From Lepidodermella squamata (Eukaryota > Animalia > Gastrotricha), in contig JBLDXI010000074.1 in assembly GCA_047495785.1 (NCBI GenBank), positions 1,550,001 to 1,614,000 of the forward strand: a stretch of DNA of 64,000 bases, read 5' to 3'. Shown in pieces: positions 49,201 through 61,200 of this stretch. Numbering within the stretch: the stretch's first letter is position 1; each line of letters opens with the position of its first letter. The notes under the pieces are model-generated. The model was not told the origin of the DNA and ran no database searches. It was given only the letters and a program-made list of their open reading frames with translations. The position numbers were made by a program, and so were the translations under genes.

Positions 49201-52200
49201 AACCAGCCGATTCGGGCATTTTCGCGCTTCATTCGTTAGTGGCAGCAAGCGCAAACGCGTTGGCAGGCTATTCGCGGCCATTGCAGCTGACCGGTATTCC
49301 GCTGCCAGCCACAGAAGGCTGGAATCGCTGTATCCACCCTTGTACGCATCGCTACGAATCGGCATCGTGCCCAAACCACCCGATTCGGGCATTTTCGCGC
49401 TTCGTTCGTTAGTGGCAGCAAGCGCAAACGCGTTGGCAGGCTATTCGCGGCCATTGCAGCTGACCGGTATTCCGCTGCCAGCCACAGAAGGCTGGAATCA
49501 CTGTATTCACCCTTGTACGCATCGCTACGAATCGGCATCGTGCCCAAACCAGCCGAATCAGGCATATTCGCGCTTCATTCGGTAGCGGCAGCAAGCGCAA
49601 ACGCGTTGGCAGGCTATTCGCGGCCATTGCAGCTGACCGGTATTCCGCTGCCAGCCAAAGAATGCTGGAATCGCTGTATTCACCATTGTACGCATCGCCA
49701 CGAATCGGCATCGTGCCCAAACCACCCGATTCGGGCATTTTCGCGCTTCGTTCGTTAGTGGCAGCAAGCGCAAACGCGTTGGCAGGCTATTCGCGGCCAT
49801 TGCAGCTGACCGGTATTCCGCTGCCAGCCAAAGAATGCTGGAATCGCTGTATTCACCCTTGTACGCATCGCTACGAATCGGCATCGTGCCCAAACCAGCC
49901 GAATCGGGCATATTCGCGCTTCATTCGGTAGCGGCAGCAAGCGCAAACGCGTTGGCAGGCTATTCGCGGCCATTGCAGCTGACCGGTATTCCGCTGCCAG
50001 CCAAAGAAGGTTGGAATCGCTGTATTCACCCTTGTACGCATCGCCACGAATCGGCATCGTGCCCAAACCAGCCGATTCGGGCATTTTCGCGCTTCATTCG
50101 TTAGTGGCAGCAAGCGCAAACGCGTTGGCAGGCTATTCGCGGCCATTGCAGCTGACCGGTATTCCGTTGCCAGCCAAAGAATGCTGGAATCGCTGTATTC
50201 ACCCTTGTACGCATCGCCACGAATCGGCATCGTGCCCAAACCAGCCGAATCAGGCATATTCGCGCTTCATTCGTTAGTGGCAGCAAGCGCAAACGCGTTG
50301 GCAGGCTATTCGCGTCCATTGCAGCTGACCGGTATTCCGCTGCCAGCCAAAGAATGCTGGAATCGCTGTATTCACCCTTGTACGCATCGCCACGAATCGG
50401 CATCGTGCCCAAACCAGCCGATTCGGGCATTTTCGCGCTTCATTCGTTAGTGGCAGCAAGCGCAAACGCGTTGGCAGGCTATTCGCGGCCATTGCAGCTG
50501 ACCGGTATTCCGCTGCCAGCCAAAGAATGCTGGAATCGCTGTATTCACCCTTGTACGCATCGCCACGAATCGGCATCGTGCCCAAACCAGCCGATTCGGG
50601 CATTTTCGCGCTTCATTCGTTAGTGGCAGCAAGCGCAAACGCGTTGGCAGGCTATTCGCGGCCATTGCAGCTGACCGGTATTCCGCTGCCAGCCAAAGAA
50701 TGCTGGAATCGCTGTATTCACCCTTGTAGGCATCGCCACGAATCGGCATCGTGCCCAAACCAGCCGATTCGGGCATTTTCGCGCTTCATTCGTTAGTGGC
50801 AGCAAGCGCAAACGCGTTGGCAGGCTATTCGCGGCCATTGCAGCTGACCGGTATTCCGCTGCCAGCCAAGGAAGGTTGGAATCGCTGTATTCACCCTTGT
50901 ACGCATCGCCACGAATCGGCATCGTGCCCAAACCAGCCGATTCGGGCATTTTCGCGCTTCATTCGTTAGTGGCAGCAAGCGCAAACGCGTTGGCAGGCTA
51001 TTCGCGGCCATTGCAGCTGACCGGTATTCTGCTGCCAGCCAAAGAATGCTGGAATCGCTGTATTCACCCTTGTACGCATCGCCACGAATCGGCATCGTGC
51101 CCAAACCAGCCGATTCGGGCATTTTCGCGCTTCATTCGTTAGTGGCAGCAAGCGCAAACGCGTTGGCAGGCTATTCGCGGCCATTGCAGCTGACCGGTAT
51201 TCCGCTGCCAGCCAAAGAATGCTGGAATCGCTGTATTCACCCTTGTACGCATCGCCACGAATCGGCATCGTGCCCAAACCAGCCGATTCGGGCATTTTCG
51301 CGCTTCATTCGTTAGTGGCAGCAAGCGCAAACGCATTGGCAGGCTATTCGCGGCCATTGCAGCTGACCGGTATTCCGCTGCCAGCCAAAGAATGCTGGAA
51401 TCGCTGTAGTCACCCTTGTACGCATCGCCACGAATCGGCATCGTGCCCAAACCAGCCGATTCGGGCATTTTCGCGCTTCATTGGTTAGTGGCAGCAAGCG
51501 CAAACGCGTTGGCAGGCTATTCGCGGCCATTGCAGCTGACCGGTATTCCGCTGCCAGCCAAAGAATGCTGGAATCGCTGTATTCACCCTTGTACGCATCG
51601 CCACGAATCGGCATCGTGCCCAAACCAGCCGAATCGGGCATATTCGCGCTTCATTCGGTAGTGGCAGCAAGCGCAAACGCGTTGGCAGGCTATTCGCGGC
51701 CATTGCAGCTGACCGGTATTCCGCTGCCAGCCACAGAAGGCTGGAATCGCTGTATCCACCCTTGTACGCATCGCTACGAATCGGCATCGTGCCCAAACCA
51801 CCCGATTCGGGCATTTTCGCGCTTCATTCGTTAGTGGCAGCAAGCGCAAACGCGTTGGCAGGCTATTCGCGGCCATTGCAGCTGACCGGTATTCCGCTGC
51901 CAGCCAAAGAATGCTGGAATCGCTGTATTCACCCTTGAAGGCATCGCCACGAATCGGCATCGTGCCCAAACCAGCCGATTCGGGCATTTTCGCGCTTCAT
52001 TCGTTAGTGGCAGCAAGCGCAAACGCGTTGGCAGGCTATTCGCGGCCATTGCAGCTGACCGGTATTCCGCTGCCAGCCAAAGAAGGTTGGAATCGCTGTA
52101 TTCACCGTTGTACGCATCGCCACGAATCGGCATCGTGCCCAAACCAGCCGATTCGGGCATTTTCGCGCTTCATTCGTTAGTGGCAGCAAGCGCAAACGCG

Positions 52201-55200
52201 TTGGCAGGCTATTCGCGGCCATTGCAGCTGACCGGTATTCCGCTGCCAGCCAAAGAATGCTGGAATCGCTGTATTCACCCTTGTACGCATCGCCACGAAT
52301 CGGCATCGTGCCCAAACCAGCCGATTCGGGCATTTTCGCGCTTCATTCGTTAGTGGCAGCAAGCGCAAACGCGTTGGCAGGCTATTCGCGGCCATTGCAG
52401 CTGACCGGTATTCCGCTGCCAGCCAAAGAATGCTGGAATCGCTGTATTCACCCTTGTACGCATCGCCACGAATCGGCATCGTGCCCAAACCAGCCGATTC
52501 GGGCATTTTCGCGCTTCATTCGTTAGTGGCAGCAAGCGCAAACGCGTTGGCAGGCTATTCGCGGCCATTGCAGCTGACCGGTATTCCGCTGCCAGCCACA
52601 GAAGGCTGGAATCGCTGTATCCACCCTTGTACGCATCGCTACGAATCGGCATCGTGCCCAAACCACCCGATTCGGGCATTTTCGCGCTTCGTTCGTTAGT
52701 GGCAGCAAGCGCAAACGCGTTGGCAGGCTATTCGCGGCCATTGCAGCTGACCGGTATTCCGCTGCCAGCCACAGAAGGCTGGAATCACTGTATTCACCCT
52801 TGTACGCATCGCTACGAATCGGCATCGTGCCCAAACCAGCCGAATCAGGCATATTCGCGCTTCATTCGGTAGCGGCAGCAAGCGCAAACGCGTTGGCAGG
52901 CTATTCGCGGCCATTGCAGCTGACCGGTATTCCGCTGCCAGCCAAAGAATGCTGGAATCGCTGTATTCACCATTGTACGCATCGCCACGAATCGGCATCG
53001 TGCCCAAACCACCCGATTCGGGCATTTTCGCGCTTCGTTCGTTAGTGGCAGCAAGCGCAAACGCGTTGGCAGGCTATTCGCGGCCATTGCAGCTGACCGG
53101 TATTCCGCTGCCAGCCAAAGAATGCTGGAATCGCTGTATTCACCCTTGTACGCATCGCTACGAATCGGCATCGTGCCCAAACCAGCCGAATCGGGCATAT
53201 TCGCGCTTCATTCGGTAGCGGCAGCAAGCGCAAACGCGTTGGCAGGCTATTCGCGGCCATTGCAGCTGACCGGTATTCCGCTGCCAGCCAAAGAAGGTTG
53301 GAATCGCTGTATTCACCCTTGTACGCATCGCCACGAATCGGCATCGTGCCCAAACCAGCCGATTCGGGCATTTTCGCGCTTCATTCGTTAGTGGCAGCAA
53401 GCGCAAACGCGTTGGCAGGCTATTCGCGGCCATTGCAGCTGACCGGTATTCCGTTGCCAGCCAAAGAATGCTGGAATCGCTGTATTCACCCTTGTACGCA
53501 TCGCCACGAATCGGCATCGTGCCCAAACCAGCCGAATCAGGCATATTCGCGCTTCATTCGTTAGTGGCAGCAAGCGCAAACGCGTTGGCAGGCTATTCGC
53601 GTCCATTGCAGCTGACCGGTATTCCGCTGCCAGCCAAAGAATGCTGGAATCGCTGTATTCACCCTTGTACGCATCGCCACGAATCGGCATCGTGCCCAAA
53701 CCAGCCGATTCGGGCATTTTCGCGCTTCATTCGTTAGTGGCAGCAAGCGCAAACGCGTTGGCAGGCTATTCGCGGCCATTGCAGCTGACCGGTATTCCGC
53801 TGCCAGCCAAAGAATGCTGGAATCGCTGTATTCACCCTTGTACGCATCGCCACGAATCGGCATCGTGCCCAAACCAGCCGATTCGGGCATTTTCGCGCTT
53901 CATTCGTTAGTGGCAGCAAGCGCAAACGCGTTGGCAGGCTATTCGCGGCCATTGCAGCTGACCGGTATTCCGCTGCCAGCCAAAGAATGCTGGAATCGCT
54001 GTATTCACCCTTGTAGGCATCGCCACGAATCGGCATCGTGCCCAAACCAGCCGATTCGGGCATTTTCGCGCTTCATTCGTTAGTGGCAGCAAGCGCAAAC
54101 GCGTTGGCAGGCTATTCGCGGCCATTGCAGCTGACCGGTATTCCGCTGCCAGCCAAGGAAGGTTGGAATCGCTGTATTCACCCTTGTACGCATCGCCACG
54201 AATCGGCATCGTGCCCAAACCAGCCGATTCGGGCATTTTCGCGCTTCATTCGTTAGTGGCAGCAAGCGCAAACGCGTTGGCAGGCTATTCGCGGCCATTG
54301 CAGCTGACCGGTATTCTGCTGCCAGCCAAAGAATGCTGGAATCGCTGTATTCACCCTTGTACGCATCGCCACGAATCGGCATCGTGCCCAAACCAGCCGA
54401 TTCGGGCATTTTCGCGCTTCATTCGTTAGTGGCAGCAAGCGCAAACGCGTTGGCAGGCTATTCGCGGCCATTGCAGCTGACCGGTATTCCGCTGCCAGCC
54501 AAAGAATGCTGGAATCGCTGTATTCACCCTTGTACGCATCGCCACGAATCGGCATCGTGCCCAAACCAGCCGATTCGGGCATTTTCGCGCTTCATTCGTT
54601 AGTGGCAGCAAGCGCAAACGCGTTGGCAGGCTATTCGCGGCCATTGCAGCTGACCGGTATTCCGCTGCCAGCCACAGAATGCTGGAATCGCTGTATTCAC
54701 CCTTGTACGCATCGCCACGAATCGGCATCGTGCCCAAACCAGCCGATTCGTTCATTTTCGCGCTTCATTGGTTAGTGGCAGCAAGCGCAAACGCGTTGGC
54801 AGGCTATTCGCGGCCATTGCAGCTGACCGGTATTCCGCTGCCAGCCAAAGAATGCTGGAATCGCTGTATTCACCCTTGTACGCATCGCCACGAATCGGCA
54901 TCGTGCCCAAACCAGCCGAATCGGGCATATTCGCGCTTCATTCGGTAGTGGCAGCAAGCGCAAACGCGTTGGCAGGCTATTCGCGGCCATTGCAGCTGAC
55001 CGGTATTCCGCTGCCAGCCAAAGAATGCTGGAATCGCTGTATTCACCCTTGTACGCATCGCCACGAATCGGCATCGTGCCCAAACCAGCCGATTCGGGCA
55101 TTTTCGCGCTTCATTCGTTAGTGGCAGCAAGCGCAAACGCGTTGGCAGGCTATTCGCGGCCATTGCAGCTGACCGGTATTCCGCTGCCAGCCACAGAATG

Positions 55201-58200
55201 CTGGAATCGCTGTATTCACCCTTGTACGCATCGCCACGAATCGGCATCGTGCCCAAACCAGCCGATTCGGGCATTTTCGCGCTTCATTGGTTAGTGGCAG
55301 CAAGCGCAAACGCGTTGGCAGGCTATTCGCGGCCATTGCAGCTGACCGGTATTCCGCTGCCAGCCAAAGAATGCTGGAATCGCTGTATTCACCCTTGTAC
55401 GCATCGCCACGAATCGGCATCGTGCCCAAACCAGCCGAATCGGGCATATTCGCGCTTCATTCGGTAGTGGCAGCAAGCGCAAACGCGTTGGCAGGCTATT
55501 CGCGGCCATTGCAGCTGACCGGTATTCCGCTGCCAGCCAAAGAATGCTGGAATCGCTGTATTCACCCTTGTACGCATCGCCACGAATCGGCATCGTGCCC
55601 AAACCAGCCGATTCGGGCATTTTCGCGCTTCATTCGTTAGTGGCAGCAAGCGCAAACGCGTTGGCAGGCTATTCGCGGCCATTGCAGCTGACCGGTATTC
55701 CGCTGCCAGCCAAAGAATGCTGGAATCGCTGTATTCACCCTTGTACGCATCGCCACGAATCGGCATCGTGCCCAAACCAGCCGATTCGGGCATTTTCGCG
55801 CTTCATTCGTTAGTGGCAGCAAGCGCAAACGCGTTGGCAGGCTATTCGCGGCCATTGCAGCTGACCGGTATTCCGCTGCCAGCCAAAGAATGCTGGAATC
55901 GCTGTATTCACCCTTGTACGCATCGCCACGAATCGGCATCGTGCCCAAACCAGCCGAATCGGGCATATTCGCGCTTCATTCGGTAGTGGCAGCAAGCGCA
56001 AACGCGTTGGCAGGCTATTCGCGGCCATTGCAGCTGACCGGTATTCCGCTGCCAGCCAAAGAATGCTGGAATCGCTGTATTCACCCTTGTACGCATCGCC
56101 ACGAATCGGCATCGTGCCCAAACCAGCCGATTCGGGCATTTTCGCGCTTCATTCGTTAGTGGCAGCAAGCGCAAACGCGTTGGCAGGCTATTCGCGGCCA
56201 TTGCAGCTGACCGGTATTCCGCTGCCAGCCACAGAATGCTGGAATCGCTGTATTCACCCTTGTACGCATCGCCACGAATCGGCATCGTGCCCAAACCAGC
56301 CGAATCGGGCATATTCGCGCTTCATTCGGTAGTGGCAGCAAGCGCAAACGCGTTGGCAGGCTATTCGCGGCCATTGCAGCTGACCGGTATTCCGCTGCCA
56401 GCCAAAGAATGCTGGAATCGCTGTATTCACCCTTGTACGCATCGCCACGAATCGGCATCGTGCCCAAACCAGCCGATTCGGGCATTTTCGCGCTTCATTC
56501 GTTAGTGGCAGCAAGCGCAAACGCGTTGGCAGGCTATTCGCGGCCATTGCAGCTGACCGGTATTCCGCTGCCAGCCAAAGAATGCTGGAATCGCTGTATT
56601 CACCCTTGTAGGCATCGCCACGAATCGGCATCGTGCCCAAACCAGCCGATTCGGGCATTTTCGCGCTTCATTCGTTAGTGGCAGCAAGCGCAAACGCGTT
56701 GGCAGGCTATTCGCGGCCATTGCAGCTGACCGGTATTCCGCTGCCAGCCAAGGAAGGTTGGAATCGCTGTATTCACCCTTGTACGCATCGCCACGAATCG
56801 GCATCGTGCCCAAACCAGCCGATTCGGGCATTTTCGCGCTTCATTCGTTAGTGGCAGCAAGCGCAAACGCGTTGGCAGGCTATTCGCGGCCATTGCAGCT
56901 GACCGGTATTCTGCTGCCAGCCAAAGAATGCTGGAATCGCTGTATTCACCCTTGTACGCATCGCCACGAATCGGCATCGTGCCCAAACCAGCCGATTCGG
57001 GCATTTTCGCGCTTCATTCGTTAGTGGCAGCAAGCGCAAACGCGTTGGCAGGCTATTCGCGGCCATTGCAGCTGACCGGTATTCCGCTGCCAGCCACAGA
57101 AGGCTGGAATCACTGTATTCACCCTTGTACGCATCGCTACGAATCGGCATCGTGCCCAAACCAGCCGAATCAGGCATATTCGCGCTTCATTCGGTAGCGG
57201 CAGCAAGCGCAAACGCGTTGGCAGGCTATTCGCGGCCATTGCAGCTGACCGGTATTCCGCTGCCAGCCAAAGAATGCTGGAATCGCTGTATTCACCATTG
57301 TACGCATCGCCACGAATCGGCATCGTGCCCAAACCACCCGATTCGGGCATTTTCGCGCTTCGTTCGTTAGTGGCAGCAAGCGCAAACGCGTTGGCAGGCT
57401 ATTCGCGGCCATTGCAGCTGACCGGTATTCCGCTGCCAGCCAAAGAATGCTGGAATCGCTGTATTCACCCTTGTACGCATCGCTACGAATCGGCATCGTG
57501 CCCAAACCAGCCGAATCGGGCATATTCGCGCTTCATTCGGTAGCGGCAGCAAGCGCAAACGCGTTGGCAGGCTATTCGCGGCCATTGCAGCTGACCGGTA
57601 TTCCGCTGCCAGCCAAAGAAGGTTGGAATCGCTGTATTCACCCTTGTACGCATCGCCACGAATCGGCATCGTGCCCAAACCAGCCGATTCGGGCATTTTC
57701 GCGCTTCATTCGTTAGTGGCAGCAAGCGCAAACGCGTTGGCAGGCTATTCGCGGCCATTGCAGCTGACCGGTATTCCGTTGCCAGCCAAAGAATGCTGGA
57801 ATCGCTGTATTCACCCTTGTACGCATCGCCACGAATCGGCATCGTGCCCAAACCAGCCGAATCAGGCATATTCGCGCTTCATTCGTTAGTGGCAGCAAGC
57901 GCAAACGCGTTGGCAGGCTATTCGCGTCCATTGCAGCTGACCGGTATTCCGCTGCCAGCCAAAGAATGCTGGAATCGCTGTATTCACCCTTGTACGCATC
58001 GCCACGAATCGGCATCGTGCCCAAACCAGCCGATTCGGGCATTTTCGCGCTTCATTCGTTAGTGGCAGCAAGCGCAAACGCGTTGGCAGGCTATTCGCGG
58101 CCATTGCAGCTGACCGGTATTCCGCTGCCAGCCAAAGAATGCTGGAATCGCTGTATTCACCCTTGTACGCATCGCCACGAATCGGCATCGTGCCCAAACC

Positions 58201-61200
58201 AGCCGATTCGGGCATTTTCGCGCTTCATTCGTTAGTGGCAGCAAGCGCAAACGCGTTGGCAGGCTATTCGCGGCCATTGCAGCTGACCGGTATTCCGCTG
58301 CCAGCCAAAGAATGCTGGAATCGCTGTATTCACCCTTGTAGGCATCGCCACGAATCGGCATCGTGCCCAAACCAGCCGATTCGGGCATTTTCGCGCTTCA
58401 TTCGTTAGTGGCAGCAAGCGCAAACGCGTTGGCAGGCTATTCGCGGCCATTGCAGCTGACCGGTATTCCGCTGCCAGCCACAGAATGCTGGAATCGCTGT
58501 ATTCACCCTTGTACGCATCGCCACGAATCGGCATCGTGCCCAAACCAGCCGAATCGGGCATATTCGCGCTTCATTCGGTAGTGGCAGCAAGCGCAAACGC
58601 GTTGGCAGGCTATTCGCGGCCATTGCAGCTGACCGGTATTCCGCTGCCAGCCAAAGAATGCTGGAATCGCTGTATTCACCCTTGTACGCATCGCCACGAA
58701 TCGGCATCGTGCCCAAACCAGCCGATTCGGGCATTTTCGCGCTTCATTCGTTAGTGGCAGCAAGCGCAAACGCGTTGGCAGGCTATTCGCGGCCATTGCA
58801 GCTGACCGGTATTCCGCTGCCAGCCAAAGAATGCTGGAATCGCTGTATTCACCCTTGTAGGCATCGCCACGAATCGGCATCGTGCCCAAACCAGCCGATT
58901 CGGGCATTTTCGCGCTTCATTCGTTAGTGGCAGCAAGCGCAAACGCGTTGGCAGGCTATTCGCGGCCATTGCAGCTGACCGGTATTCCGCTGCCAGCCAA
59001 GGAAGGTTGGAATCGCTGTATTCACCCTTGTACGCATCGCCACGAATCGGCATCGTGCCCAAACCAGCCGATTCGGGCATTTTCGCGCTTCATTCGTTAG
59101 TGGCAGCAAGCGCAAACGCGTTGGCAGGCTATTCGCGGCCATTGCAGCTGACCGGTATTCTGCTGCCAGCCAAAGAATGCTGGAATCGCTGTATTCACCC
59201 TTGTACGCATCGCCACGAATCGGCATCGTGCCCAAACCAGCCGATTCGGGCATTTTCGCGCTTCATTCGTTAGTGGCAGCAAGCGCAAACGCGTTGGCAG
59301 GCTATTCGCGGCCATTGCAGCTGACCGGTATTCCGCTGCCAGCCAAAGAATGCTGGAATCGCTGTATTCACCCTTGTACGCATCGCCACGAATCGGCATC
59401 GTGCCCAAACCAGCCGATTCGGGCATTTTCGCGCTTCATTCGTTAGTGGCAGCAAGCGCAAACGCGTTGGCAGGCTATTCGCGGCCATTGCAGCTGACCG
59501 GTATTCCGCTGCCAGCCACAGAATGCTGGAATCGCTGTATTCACCCTTGTACGCATCGCCACGAATCGGCATCGTGCCCAAACCAGCCGATTCGGGCATT
59601 TTCGCGCTTCATTGGTTAGTGGCAGCAAGCGCAAACGCGTTGGCAGGCTATTCGCGGCCATTGCAGCTGACCGGTATTCCGCTGCCAGCCAAAGAATGCT
59701 GGAATCGCTGTATTCACCCTTGTACGCATCGCCACGAATCGGCATCGTGCCCAAACCAGCCGAATCGGGCATATTCGCGCTTCATTCGGTAGTGGCAGCA
59801 AGCGCAAACGCGTTGGCAGGCTATTCGCGGCCATTGCAGCTGACCGGTATTCCGCTGCCAGCCAAAGAATGCTGGAATCGCTGTATTCACCCTTGTACGC
59901 ATCGCCACGAATCGGCATCGTGCCCAAACCAGCCGATTCGGGCATTTTCGCGCTTCATTCGTTAGTGGCAGCAAGCGCAAACGCGTTGGCAGGCTATTCG
60001 CGGCCATTGCAGCTGACCGGTATTCCGCTGCCAGCCAAAGAATGCTGGAATCGCTGTATTCACCCTTGTAGGCATCGCCACGAATCGGCATCGTGCCCAA
60101 ACCAGCCGATTCGGGCATTTTCGCGCTTCATTCGTTAGTGGCAGCAAGCGCAAACGCGTTGGCAGGCTATTCGCGGCCATTGCAGCTGACCGGTATTCCG
60201 CTGCCAGCCAAGGAAGGTTGGAATCGCTGTATTCACCCTTGTACGCATCGCCACGAATCGGCATCGTGCCCAAACCAGCCGATTCGGGCATTTTCGCGCT
60301 TCATTCGTTAGTGGCAGCAAGCGCAAACGCGTTGGCAGGCTATTCGCGGCCATTGCAGCTGACCGGTATTCCGCTGCCAGCCAAAGAATGCTGGAATCGC
60401 TGTATTCACCCTTGTACGCATCGCCACGAATCGGCATCGTGCCCAAACCAGCCGATTCGGGCATTTTCGCGCTTCATTCGTTAGTGGCAGCAAGCGCAAA
60501 CGCGTTGGCAGGCTATTCGCGGCCATTGCAGCTGACCGGTATTCCGCTGCCAGCCAAAGAATGCTGGAATCGCTGTATTCACCCTTGTAGGCATCGCCAC
60601 GAATCGGCATCGTGCCCAAACCAGCCGATTCGGGCATTTTCGCGCTTCATTCGTTAGTGGCAGCAAGCGCAAACGCGTTGGCAGGCTATTCGCGGCCATT
60701 GCAGCTGACCGGTATTCCGCTGCCAGCCAAGGAAGGTTGGAATCGCTGTATTCACCCTTGTACGCATCGCCACGAATCGGCATCGTGCCCAAACCAGCCG
60801 ATTCGGGCATTTTCGCGCTTCATTCGTTAGTGGCAGCAAGCGCAAACGCGTTGGCAGGCTATTCGCGGCCATTGCAGCTGACCGGTATTCTGCTGCCAGC
60901 CAAAGAATGCTGGAATCGCTGTATTCACCCTTGTACGCATCGCCACGAATCGGCATCGTGCCCAAACCAGCCGATTCGGGCATTTTCGCGCTTCATTCGT
61001 TAGTGGCAGCAAGCGCAAACGCGTTGGCAGGCTATTCGCGGCCATTGCAGCTGACCGGTATTCCGCTGCCAGCCAAAGAATGCTGGAATCGCTGTATTCA
61101 CCCTTGTACGCATCGCCACGAATCGGCATCGTGCCCAAACCAGCCGATTCGGGCATTTTCGCGCTTCATTCGTTAGTGGCAGCAAGCGCAAACGCGTTGG